From assembly GCA_965246885.1 (NCBI GenBank), contig OZ251992.1:2368001-2432000 (forward strand): a stretch of DNA of 64,000 bases. The letters are read 5' to 3'. Shown here piece by piece: positions 9,679-19,343 of this stretch. The translations under genes were made by a program, and so were the position numbers. Under the pieces are notes generated by a model, which saw only the letters and a list, made by a program, of their open reading frames with translations, was not told where the DNA came from and searched no databases. The stretch is from Abditibacterium sp. (GTDB lineage: Bacteria > Armatimonadota > Abditibacteriia > Abditibacteriales > Abditibacteriaceae). The stretch's first letter is position 1; every line of letters starts with the position of its first letter.

Positions 9679-12147
9679 ATGCCCGAACAAATACCCCAGT
9701 TGCCGGAGCGGTTGCCCGTTTTGGCGACGACAAATTTAGTGCTGTTTCCTTCGATGCTCGCGCCGCTTTCCGTTGGCCGCGCGGCCTCGATGAAAGCGTT
9801 AGACTCGGCGCTGAGCGCCGACCGCTTGGTGGCCGTGACGCTGCAAGTCGAGGAGTCAATCGAAGTGCCCACGACCGAGCAGCTTTATACAGTCGCATGC
9901 GCGGCGCAAGTGCTTCGCATGATGCGCACCCCCGAAGAAACGGCGCAAGTCGTGATTCAGGGCCTCGTGCGCGTGCGCTTGTCGGACTTCGAGGAGCGCG
10001 ATGGCGTCTTGACAGCGCGCGTGGAACCGCTTGCGGACGCGGCTGAGACCTCGCCCGAAATTCAAGCGCTGTCTCAGTCACTCATGCGCGACTTCGAGCG
10101 CATTGTGGACCTCTCGCCCGTCCTGCCCGAAGAAGCCGTCGCTGCGGCGCGCGCCCAAAACGAACCGGGGAAGCTCGCCGACTTCGTGGCCTCGGCCCTG
10201 AACATAGAAGCGAACGCGCGCCAAGAACTGCTGGCGGAGTTGGACGTGCCCGCCCGCATGAAGCGGGTCGCGGAAATGTGCGGCGGCGAGATTTCCGTGC
10301 TCGAACTAACCAATAAGATACAAACCGAGACGCGCAAGGAGTTGGACAAAGGCCAGCGCGAGTTCATCCTGCGCCAGCAGTTGCGCGAGATACAAAAGCA
10401 ACTGGGCGAGGGAGAAGAGTCGGGCGCGGAGTTGGACGAGTTGCAAGCCCAAATCGAAGCGGCGGGCATGCCCGAAGCCCCGCTCAAAGCCGCGACGCGC
10501 GAACTGGAGCGGCTCCGGCGCATCCCCTCGGCCTCGCCGGAATACTCGGTCGCGCGCAATTACCTTGATTATCTGCTCGCTATCCCTTGGAACAAGTCCA
10601 CCACCGATGACCTGGACGTGCGGCACGCGGCCAAGGTGCTCGACGACGAGCACTTTGGCTTGGACGATGTGAAGGAGCGCGTCTTGGATTATCTGGCGGT
10701 GCGCCGCCTCAAGCCCGACGGCAAAGGGCCGATTCTGTGCTTGGTTGGGCCGCCGGGGGTGGGTAAAACCAGCCTCGCGCACTCGGTCGCACACGCCTTG
10801 GGGCGCAACTTCGTCCGTATGGCCTTGGGCGGCGTGCGCGACGAGGCCGAAATACGCGGGCACCGCCGCACCTATATCGGCGCCATGCCGGGGCGCATCG
10901 TGCAGGGCTTGCGCGACGCCGGGACGAACAACCCCGTGATGATTCTGGACGAGATAGACAAACTGGGCAGCGACTACCGAGGTGATCCAACATCGGCCCT
11001 CTTGGAGGTGCTCGACCCGCAGCAAAACAACGCGTTCCGCGACCACTATCTGGAAGTGCCGCTCAACTTGTCCAAGGTGATGTTCATCACGACCGCGAAC
11101 GTGTTAGATACCATCCCCGGCCCGCTTCGAGATAGGATGGAGATCGTGCGCATCGGCGGCTACACCGAAGCCGAGAAGGTCGCCATCGCGCGCCGTTACT
11201 TGCTCCCGCGCCAAAAGAAAGAGAATGGCCTCTTAGAAGAGGACGTGTTCATCAAAGACGAGACGCTCGCCCAGATAGTGCGCGGCTGGACGCGCGAAGC
11301 GGGGGTGCGCAGTTTGGAACGGGAGCTTGGCTCCATCTGCCGCAAGGTGGCGCGCCGCATTTCGGAAGACGTCGCCCGCGACGAAACGAAGCGGCCCAAG
11401 CGCAAGCCCCGGCCCGGAGCCAAACCGCGCCGCGTCAAGCCGCGCGAAGCGGCGCGCAAGCGCATCTTGCCCGCGTCGCTCGAAGGGTATCTTGGCCCGC
11501 AGAAGTTCCAGCCGGAAATGGGCAACCGCGAAGCGCAGGTCGGGGTTTCGACGGGGATGGCGTGGACGCCAATGGGCGGCGAGATTCTCTTCATCGAGAC
11601 GGTCAAGATGCCGGGTCGGGGCCTGACGCTGACGGGGCAGTTGGGCGAGGTGATGAAAGAGTCGGCGCAAATCGCGCTGGACTACTTGCGCTCGCACCAT
11701 ACGGAGGCAGGCATCGAAATTCCCGACGACGCGGGCGTGCACGTCCACGTCCCGGCGGGCGCGATTCCCAAGGACGGGCCGAGCGCGGGTGTGGCGATGA
11801 CAGTTGCGCTCGCGTCCCTCTTCAGTGGCCGTGCCGCGCGGCACGATTATTCGATGACCGGCGAAGTGACGCTGACGGGCCGCGTCCTGCCCGTTGGCGG
11901 CGTCAAAGAGAAAGTGTTGGCCGCGCGGCAAGCGGGCATTTCGACCATCGTTTTGCCTGAACGCAACCGCGCGGACATCGCCGAGATTTCGGATGAGGCG
12001 CGGCGCAGCCTTCACTTTCACTTCGTTTCGGACGTGCGCGAAGCGCTGGAGATCGTGCTACTCCCACGCGGCGAAGCGAACGGGCACGCCGAAGGGCCTG
12101 TGGAACTGACGCCGTTGGAGCAGGATGTGGACGCGGCGGTGGCGTAA
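9679..12147 (+). CDS. lon: ATP-dependent Lon protease
   Basis: Lon N-domain, GPPGVGKTS, GGVRDEAEIRGHRRTYIGAMPG, LDEIDK, PKDGPSAG (catalytic Ser), GGVKEK (Lys). Confidence 0.98.
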   Translation: MPEQIPQLPERLPVLATTNLVLFPSMLAPLSVGRAASMKALDSALSADRLVAVTLQVEESIEVPTTEQLYTVACAAQVLRMMRTPEETAQVVIQGLVRVRLSDFEERDGVLTARVEPLADAAETSPEIQALSQSLMRDFERIVDLSPVLPEEAVAAARAQNEPGKLADFVASALNIEANARQELLAELDVPARMKRVAEMCGGEISVLELTNKIQTETRKELDKGQREFILRQQLREIQKQLGEGEESGAELDELQAQIEAAGMPEAPLKAATRELERLRRIPSASPEYSVARNYLDYLLAIPWNKSTTDDLDVRHAAKVLDDEHFGLDDVKERVLDYLAVRRLKPDGKGPILCLVGPPGVGKTSLAHSVAHALGRNFVRMALGGVRDEAEIRGHRRTYIGAMPGRIVQGLRDAGTNNPVMILDEIDKLGSDYRGDPTSALLEVLDPQQNNAFRDHYLEVPLNLSKVMFITTANVLDTIPGPLRDRMEIVRIGGYTEAEKVAIARRYLLPRQKKENGLLEEDVFIKDETLAQIVRGWTREAGVRSLERELGSICRKVARRISEDVARDETKRPKRKPRPGAKPRRVKPREAARKRILPASLEGYLGPQKFQPEMGNREAQVGVSTGMAWTPMGGEILFIETVKMPGRGLTLTGQLGEVMKESAQIALDYLRSHHTEAGIEIPDDAGVHVHVPAGAIPKDGPSAGVAMTVALASLFSGRAARHDYSMTGEVTLTGRVLPVGGVKEKVLAARQAGISTIVLPERNRADIAEISDEARRSLHFHFVSDVREALEIVLLPRGEANGHAEGPVELTPLEQDVDAAVA

Positions 12148-12158
12148 ATGCCCTTCAA

Positions 12159-12241
12159 CCCCGTAGGGGCACCCCATGTGGGTGCCCTCGTAACAACCGC
12201 GTGATTGTAGAAGGGCGCCCACGTGGGGTGCCCCTACGGGG
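12159..12241. repeat. Inverted doublet of GTAG-type REP-like palindromes
   Basis: CCCCGTAGGGGCACCCCATGTGGGTGCCCT (12159-12188) and an inverted copy at 12212-12241, 28/30 identical, between convergent genes. Confidence 0.85.
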
Positions 12242-13157
12242 CTTTGACCGGCGGGCTTACCGGTGCAGCCTCTGCCGGTTCTTCCGGCATCGCCGTCGGA
12301 GCGGGTTCTTCGGTTGCGGTTGGTTGTGCGGTTGGCGCGGGCGGGGGCGGCGCGACGGACCCGATGAGGTCGGGCGGAAGCGTCGGCGCGGGCGCGAAGG
12401 GGACGCGTATTTTGGGCGCGCGTGTTTTGGCGGGGGCGGGGGTATTCGGGCCGCAGTCACCCTTGCCTTGCCATCGGATGCCGCTCCCCGTGATGCGGCC
12501 TTCCTGGAGGTAAATGAGAATATTCTGGCCAATAAAAGTGTTGCATTTGTCGTCGGTGAAGCGCACGTTGCCGAGCAGGTTAATGATGTTCTGCTTCTCG
12601 TCGTAAACGATCTTGTTGCAGGTGCCGTTGTTGACGCCTTGGGCGATGTGGATGTTGCCGGTCGCGGTGGCTTGGCGGATGTCGTAATCCCAGTCCACGC
12701 GCTCGCAGGTGACGGTGATGGGTTTCTTGCCCGCCTCGCCTCGCAAGCCCGCCGCGACGCCGTCGTTTTTGCCATGCGAGTGGATGACGACGTGGCCAGT
12801 GATTGTCGCGGTGCGCGCGTTGAAGTCGGCGAAGAGTTTGTCGCCGGTGATGGTGGAATCGCGGGTTTCGACGCTCAGGCCGATGGAAGCGTTAGCGATG
12901 TTGCGGTTGCGGTCGAAGGTGGCGTCTTGGGCGCGGATGACTACGTCCTCGCCGCTTTGGGTGACAACGACGTTCTTGGTCATGTGGCCCAAGCCGCGCT
13001 CGGTGTCGTAGGTGGTGATGCCGCCGTTACGGTCGTTTTTGATGGAGAAAGCGCCATCGCTCGTGGCGGCTTTGGCTGGCGCCTTAGGCGGTTGCGCGAG
13101 GGCGACAAGGGGCGCGGCACCAGCGAGAAGGAGAGCGATTTTGAAGGGTGTTTTCAT
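12234..13157 (-). CDS. LptA/OstA-like beta-jellyroll protein with Pro-rich tail
   Basis: Signal peptide MKTPFKIALLLAGAAPLVALA; repeated strands (ATATGNIHIAQG, KIVYDEKQNIINLLGNVRF); ATGA overlap with the upstream gene. Confidence 0.75.
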   Translation of the reverse strand: MKTPFKIALLLAGAAPLVALAQPPKAPAKAATSDGAFSIKNDRNGGITTYDTERGLGHMTKNVVVTQSGEDVVIRAQDATFDRNRNIANASIGLSVETRDSTITGDKLFADFNARTATITGHVVIHSHGKNDGVAAGLRGEAGKKPITVTCERVDWDYDIRQATATGNIHIAQGVNNGTCNKIVYDEKQNIINLLGNVRFTDDKCNTFIGQNILIYLQEGRITGSGIRWQGKGDCGPNTPAPAKTRAPKIRVPFAPAPTLPPDLIGSVAPPPPAPTAQPTATEEPAPTAMPEEPAEAAPVSPPVKAP

Positions 13158-13891
13158 CTTGGGGCCTTGGGAAGCGTCAGGGCGAGTAGCTCCCGCCACT
13201 TGTCTGGGCGCGCTTTGGAAACGTCGAACGACAGTTCGCTCCCGCCCAGTTCGAGCGCGCGCGTCTTGGTCGAAGCGTGCAGGTGCGTTCCTTCCAGACG
13301 CACGCCGGGGGCGCGGAGTTCGACCGGCGCCTCACACGTCAAGGCGCCTGTGTCCCAGCGATAATCGAGGCGCGGCGCGGAAAAGGTGAACTCGCGCAGT
13401 TTGGCTTGCACCGGCAACGGGCACGACAGCAGTTTGCCCTTGTAGTTCCAGCGCACGAGCGGGGCAGTAACCTCGAACTGCCCGTCGCCCGCCGCGTGGA
13501 CGCCGCCGCTCGCTTCGACGTTGTTGCTCGCGTTCTCCAAGCGCACAAGCGGGGCAGTCAGGTGGAGGATGGGCTTATCATCGCGGAACAGGATGCCGTT
13601 GGTAACGCCGTGCGCGAGGGTTTGACTCCCGTCGGGCGACAGTTCGATGCGCGCGGCATCGAACTGCCACAAGCGCTTGCCGTCTTTGCGCACGGTTTGA
13701 CTGGTGCCCTCGACAACCATTGGCGGGAGGGCTTCGGGCGCAACGGGCGAAATGGCATCGTCCCGAAACCCCCATCGCACGACCAGCGCAACGGCGACGA
13801 GGCCCATTCCCCACGCCAAGCGCCGCGCCCACACGCGCCATCGGGCGTGGGGCGAAGCGGAAGCAGTCGGCGAGGACGAAGCGGCGCTCAT
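13154..13891 (-). CDS. LptC-like protein
   Basis: Single N-terminal TM followed by DGKRLWQFDAARIEL and jellyroll strands; directly upstream of the LptA-like gene. Confidence 0.7.
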   Translation of the reverse strand: MSAASSSPTASASPHARWRVWARRLAWGMGLVAVALVVRWGFRDDAISPVAPEALPPMVVEGTSQTVRKDGKRLWQFDAARIELSPDGSQTLAHGVTNGILFRDDKPILHLTAPLVRLENASNNVEASGGVHAAGDGQFEVTAPLVRWNYKGKLLSCPLPVQAKLREFTFSAPRLDYRWDTGALTCEAPVELRAPGVRLEGTHLHASTKTRALELGGSELSFDVSKARPDKWRELLALTLPKAPR

Positions 13892-13917
13892 AGGAAGGAG
13901 CAGTAGTTTGGAACGCG

Positions 13918-13957
13918 AAAAAAACGCCGTCCCAAGGGAGACGGCGTTTTCTTTTCG
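13918..13957. terminator. Intrinsic terminator (bidirectional shape)
   Basis: AAAACGCCGTC...GACGGCGTTTT stem flanked by A and T runs, downstream of the minus-strand lipoprotein gene. Confidence 0.7.
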
Positions 13958-13969
13958 TTTGAGAGCCTG

Positions 13970-14992
13970 TTAGCCGGTCGTTGTTTTAGTTGCCGTCGCA
14001 GTGGGCGTGGTGGAAGTGGCCGTTGCGACGGGCGTGCCAGTTGTGGTAGCAGTGGGAGTGGGCGTGGCAGTGGGCGCCGTTGTCGCGGTGGCGATGGCGA
14101 CGGACGTAGAAGTCGCGGTGGCGATGGGAGTGCCGACGGTGGTGGCCGTTGCAAAAGGAGTCGAAGTGGGCGTTTCGGTCACGGTGGGAAGGGGCGGCGT
14201 GGTCGAAGCGTTGGTGCAAACGTCCGCCGTGATTGCCGTTGCCGACTGCGGAAACGAGGTGGAAGCGCTTAATCCCGCGAACACTTCGCCGTTGGTGCTG
14301 GCGGGGTCAGTAGACACCTTCACCTGAAAAGCGCGCGGCTGGTAGGGAATCTTAATGGAATAAAAGCCCGCTGCGTCGGGTGTGATCGTCGCTTGGGCGA
14401 TGCTGAGAGTGCCGTTGGTTTGGTTGAGGTCATCCACTTCCACTAAAACCGAGCTGATGATGGGCTGCGAACTGGACGAGCAAAGGACGCCCGATGCGAC
14501 CGGGTTGCCGTTGGCGTCGGTGTTGAGCAGGATGTGGCCGGATACGGTGAAGGGGTTGGAAGCCCCAGTCTGGCCCGTAACCAACAACACGGCAGTGTTG
14601 GCGCCGGAAGTCACCACGAGCGAGCGCGTGGTGGTGACGCTTGTTCCATTGGGCTGAACGACAGAAAAGACGAGGGTGTAGGTGCCGGGGACAACCCCGC
14701 GTATCGTGCCCACGCCGTTTTTCCCGGCGTTGGCGGTGTAGGTGCGGCCCGACGCGCTGGATAAAGTGATGCTGCCGCCCGTCGCGTTGGTGAGGTCGCT
14801 CAGTTGCAGTTGAAACGGGATCGTGCCGGCAGCAGGCGCGGGAGTCAGACCGGGGATGGAAGTCGGGGTGACGATGCCGCCCCCGCCGCCGCCGCAACCG
14901 GCCAAGTTCAGCGCCAAAAAGCCGCCCAGCACCAGCAGTGTTCCCCCGGCGCATAGCGTCGAGGCTTGGAATGGAAATCGTTTCGTCGTCAT
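13970..14992 (-). CDS. Lipoprotein with beta-sandwich domains and Thr/Pro-rich tail
   Basis: Lipobox LAGC followed by GGGGGG; GVVPGTYTLVF; long TPTATAT tail. Confidence 0.8.
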   Translation of the reverse strand: MTTKRFPFQASTLCAGGTLLVLGGFLALNLAGCGGGGGGIVTPTSIPGLTPAPAAGTIPFQLQLSDLTNATGGSITLSSASGRTYTANAGKNGVGTIRGVVPGTYTLVFSVVQPNGTSVTTTRSLVVTSGANTAVLLVTGQTGASNPFTVSGHILLNTDANGNPVASGVLCSSSSQPIISSVLVEVDDLNQTNGTLSIAQATITPDAAGFYSIKIPYQPRAFQVKVSTDPASTNGEVFAGLSASTSFPQSATAITADVCTNASTTPPLPTVTETPTSTPFATATTVGTPIATATSTSVAIATATTAPTATPTPTATTTGTPVATATSTTPTATATKTTTG

Positions 14993-15043
14993 GGATGGAA
15001 ATCGCGCCCAGTTTAAGGCACGCGCAGGGTAACGGGCCGCTTT

Positions 15044-15463
15044 TTAGAACGGCGGCGGCGGAATTGTTCCGGCGGGAGTGGGCGTGAGGCCGTTAGGGAA
15101 GGAAATATCTACCGTTGTAGTGCCGTTTCCGGCGCTGAAATTCTGGCTTTGCACCTGTCCGTTCACGCTTGCAGAGACGGCGTAGTTGCCCGCGACGAAC
15201 CCCGCGAACGAGGCTTGCCCGCCCGTTGTGCCCAGTCGGAACGTGCTGGCGCCCGCCGTGAGGGTGACCACGCCGTCCACCAGAGCGCCACCCGCGTCGC
15301 GCAAGCGCACGAGGATGATGTTGCCCGAGACTGGCGTCGCCGTTGCGGTGGGGGTGGCCGTTGGCGTGGGCGCAGGGCCACCGCCGCCGCCACCACAACC
15401 CGCCAAATAAAGCGCGCCCGCGAGCAGTAGCACCGCCCCAACACTCCGAAAGGGTGAAAACAT
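15044..15463 (-). CDS. Small lipoprotein, paralog-like to its neighbour
   Basis: Lipobox LAGC followed by GGGGGG, PTPTATPTAT linker, GFVAGNYAVSA. Confidence 0.8.
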   Translation of the reverse strand: MFSPFRSVGAVLLLAGALYLAGCGGGGGGPAPTPTATPTATATPVSGNIILVRLRDAGGALVDGVVTLTAGASTFRLGTTGGQASFAGFVAGNYAVSASVNGQVQSQNFSAGNGTTTVDISFPNGLTPTPAGTIPPPPF

Positions 15464-15520
15464 CGGTAAGGGTTTGAGTAATTTTGCGCGGGGAAGTTGC
15501 GGGTCGCACACTCAAAGGAG

Positions 15521-15967
15521 ATGACGCTTGTCTTTCTCGCCCTCGGCTCGAATGAGGGCGACCGCTTGGAGCACTTGCGCTTCGCGCTCTGGGAGTTGGC
15601 GGCGCGCGGCGTGACAGTTGAGGCGCGCTCACGCATTTACCGGAGCGCGAGCGTAGAATCAGGCGGCGAGGGCGAGTTCCTCAACGCCGTCGTGCGCGGG
15701 CGAACCGCGCTTTCCGCGCTGCAACTGCTGGAAGTCTGTCAGGAGGTTGAAGCCCTCGCGGGGCGGGACAAACCAATCGTTGAAGGCGCCAAGCGCGTCG
15801 GCACGCGGGCGCTGGATATAGACATCTTGCTGTTTGGCGACACTCTGTCCGATTCCCCGGCGTTGCAACTGCCCCATCCGCGCGCGTTGGGGCGTCCGTT
15901 CGTCTTGTTGCCGCTTTTGGACGTGCTGGATACGGCGGGGGTCAGCGCGACAGAGATGGAATGGTGA
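15521..15967 (+). CDS. folK: 2-amino-4-hydroxy-6-hydroxymethyldihydropteridine pyrophosphokinase
   Basis: FLALGSNEGDR, FLNAVV, RALDIDILLFG, LPHPR, FVLLPL. Confidence 0.93.
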   Translation: MTLVFLALGSNEGDRLEHLRFALWELAARGVTVEARSRIYRSASVESGGEGEFLNAVVRGRTALSALQLLEVCQEVEALAGRDKPIVEGAKRVGTRALDIDILLFGDTLSDSPALQLPHPRALGRPFVLLPLLDVLDTAGVSATEMEW

Positions 15968-16368
15968 ACACTGAAGGCGTGCTCCGCACCCTCGTTAAAG
16001 CCAAAATCCACCGCGCGACGGTGACGCAGGCCGAACTCAACTACGTCGGCTCGCTCACCATTGACCTCGACCTCATGGAAGCGTGCGACATCGTGCCCAA
16101 TGAGCAAGTGCATATCGTGAACGTCACCAACGGGCACCGCATGATCACCTACGCCATCGAAGGCGCGCGCGGAAGCGGCGTCATGTGCCTCAACGGTGCC
16201 GCCGCGCGGCACGGGCAAAAGGGCGACCTCATCATCGTGATGACGTTCGGCCACTTTAGCCCCGAAGAAACGCGCGTCTGGGAACCGCAAATCGTCGTCG
16301 TGGACGAGGCGAACCGCATCATCGAGCGGCTCCACGAGAAACACGGCGCCTTTGAAGGGAGCGGTTGA
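15961..16368 (+). CDS. panD: Aspartate 1-decarboxylase
   Basis: KAKIHRATVTQAELNYVG|SLTID self-cleavage site; NGAAAR. Confidence 0.97.
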   Translation: MVNTEGVLRTLVKAKIHRATVTQAELNYVGSLTIDLDLMEACDIVPNEQVHIVNVTNGHRMITYAIEGARGSGVMCLNGAAARHGQKGDLIIVMTFGHFSPEETRVWEPQIVVVDEANRIIERLHEKHGAFEGSG

Positions 16369-16395
16369 CCTCGCAGGACAGTCAACACTAAAACT

Positions 16396-17097
16396 ATGCT
16401 TATGCCGTTCGAGTTGCCCATCTTTCCCCTGAACGCCGTGTTATTTCCGGGAATGCCGATGCCGCTCCATATCTTCGAGCCGCGCTACCGCCTGATGATT
16501 GGCCGCGCCCTTCAAGGCGACAAGACCTTTGGAGTCGCGCAAATCGTCGAGGGGGAGGAAGGCGCGCCGCACACCCTACCCGCCAACGTGGGCACCACCG
16601 CCGAGATACTCGAAGTCGTGCCTTTTGCCGATGGGCGCATGAACGTGCAGACCGTTGGCGGGCGCCGCTTTCGCATCCTGTCCGCCCGCGAGGAGGACGA
16701 CTACCTTGTGGCGCAATGTGAGTGGATTGAGGATGACGACGCGCAGGACGGCCTCATTCGATTGTCCATGCACACCCGGCGCGCCCTATCGCGCTACTTC
16801 GATGCCCTTGCGCTCAACACCGACCCCGCCTTCGAGACGCTCGATGACCTCGACATCCCGCAAGACCCGCAAGCCCTCTCGATGTTTATCGCTGCCATTT
16901 TGCAACTCCCGCTCGAACAAAAGCAGGAACTGCTCGAAATGACCGACACCCGCGCGCGCTTGGAAATCGAGGACTTCCTGCTCGAACGCGCCATGATCAT
17001 CCAACTCGCCTTCGCCAAGCGCGCCTCCAATGGGCAGGCCACCGCAACCGGCGACGCTTCGATGGGGCCGATGAGCAGCTTCGTGTCGCTGAATTAA
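16396..17097 (+). CDS. Stand-alone Lon N-terminal (substrate-binding) domain protein
   Basis: LPIFPLNAVLFPGMPMPLHIFEPRYRLM...DGRMNVQTVGGRRFRI...KQELLE. Confidence 0.9.
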   Translation: MLMPFELPIFPLNAVLFPGMPMPLHIFEPRYRLMIGRALQGDKTFGVAQIVEGEEGAPHTLPANVGTTAEILEVVPFADGRMNVQTVGGRRFRILSAREEDDYLVAQCEWIEDDDAQDGLIRLSMHTRRALSRYFDALALNTDPAFETLDDLDIPQDPQALSMFIAAILQLPLEQKQELLEMTDTRARLEIEDFLLERAMIIQLAFAKRASNGQATATGDASMGPMSSFVSLN

Positions 17098-17145
17098 CTC
17101 GCACACGCCCCGGCGCGGCCAGTCATTTGCGGGTTTCCCGCCGCC

Positions 17146-18204
17146 ATGACCAAGGCCAAGATCCTTTCCTTTTCGCCCGACGACGCCAGTTCCAAGAACG
17201 CCCTCGCCCTCGCTACACGCAACAAGTGGGAGCACGTCGGGGCCTACGACGGCGACGACGGCGAAGTGGTGTGGGGCGAAATCAAAGGCTCCGATGGGGC
17301 GACCTACCACACCCGAGCCGGGGTGGACAACTTCGAGTTCCGGTGTTCGTGCCCCTCGCGCAAGCGGCCCTGCAAGCACGCGCTCGCCCTCGCCATCTTG
17401 CGCGCCGACGACGCGTCCGTTTTCTGCGACCCGCCGCCCGCGTGGGTCACGAACGACGAAACGCCCCGCCCCGCTTTCGCCGACAAACTGGACGCGCAGC
17501 AAAACGCCGCCTCCGGCCCCTCCAACGAAACCGTCGTCCCCCTCACCATCCCCGCCGCGTGGCAACCGCTCCTCGGCGGCGAAACCGCCAAAGCCTACTG
17601 GCCCAAATTGGTCGGGTTCGTCGAGGAAGAGCGCCGCCTTCACACTGTCTACCCACCGTCCGGCGAGGAGTTCGCCGCGCTTGAAGCCGTCGCGCCAGAG
17701 GACGTGAAGGTGCTGATTCTGGGGCAAGACCCTTATCACGGCCCGCGCCAAGCGCACGGCATGGCGTTCTCCGTCCAACCCGGCGTCCATGTGCCCCCGT
17801 CCCTCCAGAACATCTACCTTGAACTCAGCGACGAATTGGGGTTGCCCGTGCCCAAGACCGGTTACTTGATGCCTTGGGCCAAGCAAGGCGTTTTGCTTCT
17901 CAACGCCGTCCTCACCGTGCGGCGCAGTGAGCCGAACTCGCACAAGTCGAAGGGCTGGGAAAAGTTCACCGACGCCGTCATCAAAGCCGTTTCGGACAAC
18001 GAGCGCGCGGTCGTGTTCGTCTTGTGGGGCGCCTACGCGCAAAAGAAAGAGAAGCTGATAGACACGGCCAAGCACACCGTCGTCAAGTCCGTGCACCCCT
18101 CGCCCCTGTCCGCGTACTCCGGCTTCTTTGGCTCGCAACCGTTCACCCAAATCAACGAGGCCCTCGAAAAAGCGGGGCGCGGCGCCATTGACTGGCGCTT
18201 GTGA
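17146..18204 (+). CDS. ung: SWIM zinc finger fused to family-1 uracil-DNA glycosylase
   Basis: CSCPSRKRPCKH (SWIM); GQDPYH, PPSLQNI, WAKQGVLLLN, LWG, HPSPLS (UNG). Confidence 0.92.
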   Translation: MTKAKILSFSPDDASSKNALALATRNKWEHVGAYDGDDGEVVWGEIKGSDGATYHTRAGVDNFEFRCSCPSRKRPCKHALALAILRADDASVFCDPPPAWVTNDETPRPAFADKLDAQQNAASGPSNETVVPLTIPAAWQPLLGGETAKAYWPKLVGFVEEERRLHTVYPPSGEEFAALEAVAPEDVKVLILGQDPYHGPRQAHGMAFSVQPGVHVPPSLQNIYLELSDELGLPVPKTGYLMPWAKQGVLLLNAVLTVRRSEPNSHKSKGWEKFTDAVIKAVSDNERAVVFVLWGAYAQKKEKLIDTAKHTVVKSVHPSPLSAYSGFFGSQPFTQINEALEKAGRGAIDWRL

Positions 18205-18264
18205 AGGGAAAGTTGGCCCTAATCGTACAAAGCGGCCCCCATCTCGCACGCCGGAGCATCCCGT

Positions 18265-19287
18265 ATGAAACTTCAACTTTTAGGCGATTCGGGCTTGCGC
18301 GTTTCGCAGCTTTGCTTAGGCACGATGACTTTTGGCGAGGATTGGGGCTGGGGCGCGCCGCGCGACACCTCGAAGCAAATCTTCGACGCTTTCGCCGAAG
18401 CAGGCGGTAACTTCATAGACACGGCTTCCGTTTACACCGACGGCTCCTCGGAGAAACTCGTCGGCGAGTTCATCGCGTCCGACCGCGACGCTTTCGTCGT
18501 CGCCACCAAGTACTCCCTGCCCGATTCCTTTGGCCAAACCTCGCCCGCTACCAAAGTCGGCAACGCCCGCAAGAACCTGCGCCGCAGCGTCGAGGAATCC
18601 CTCAAGCGCTTGAACACCGACCATATCGACATCCTCTACCCGCACGTCTGGGACTTCACCACCCCGACCGAGGAGATCATGCGCACGCTCGATGACCTCG
18701 TGACGAGCGGCAAAGTGCTTTACCTCGGCATCTCCGACACCCCGGCGTGGATTGTGTCGCGCGCCCAGACCCTCGCCTACGAGCGCCACCTAACGCCGTT
18801 CTCCGTCCTTCAAATCGAGTATTCCCTCGCTGAGCGCACCGTCGAGCGCGACCTTATCCCGATGGCTCAGGCGCTGGGCATGACGGTCGCGCCTTGGAGT
18901 CCGCTCGCGGGCGGCGTGCTGTCGGGCAAATATGCCGATGGGCAGCAGACCACGCGGGGCCGCGAAATACCCGCGCCCCAACTCGCTATTGCCAAAGTCG
19001 TGGGCGAGCACGCCGAGAAACTGGGCGTCTCCTCCGCGCAACTGGCTCTCGCGTGGCTCGTCGGCAAAGGCACCATTCCCATTCTGGGCGCGAGCAAGCT
19101 GGAACAGTTCCACGACAACCTCAAGTGTCTGGACGCTTCTATCCCCACCGAAACGATGAGCGCTTTGGACGAAGCTTCAAAGATTGAACTGGGCTTTCCG
19201 CATGATTTCCTGCACGGCGACTTCGTGCGCGGGCGCTTGCTCGGCGGTAAGAACGAACTGCTGGATGGCATCGCGCCGCGCGCGTAA
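18265..19287 (+). CDS. Aldo/keto reductase
   Basis: LCLGTMTFG, NFIDTASVY, VATKY, SLKRLNTDHID, WSPLAGGVLSGKY. Confidence 0.95.
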   Translation: MKLQLLGDSGLRVSQLCLGTMTFGEDWGWGAPRDTSKQIFDAFAEAGGNFIDTASVYTDGSSEKLVGEFIASDRDAFVVATKYSLPDSFGQTSPATKVGNARKNLRRSVEESLKRLNTDHIDILYPHVWDFTTPTEEIMRTLDDLVTSGKVLYLGISDTPAWIVSRAQTLAYERHLTPFSVLQIEYSLAERTVERDLIPMAQALGMTVAPWSPLAGGVLSGKYADGQQTTRGREIPAPQLAIAKVVGEHAEKLGVSSAQLALAWLVGKGTIPILGASKLEQFHDNLKCLDASIPTETMSALDEASKIELGFPHDFLHGDFVRGRLLGGKNELLDGIAPRA

Positions 19288-19343
19288 GCCGTTCAGATAC
19301 ACGCAACGCCGCTTGCAGGGCGCGCGTATGGGGAACCACCTTT

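Noticed and set aside
16786..18276. 496-aa minus-strand ORF, and similar long antisense ORFs at 12201, 29410, 32023, 43907, 48119, 49871 and 51743
   Set aside because: Each lies opposite a well-supported gene and has no recognisable motif.
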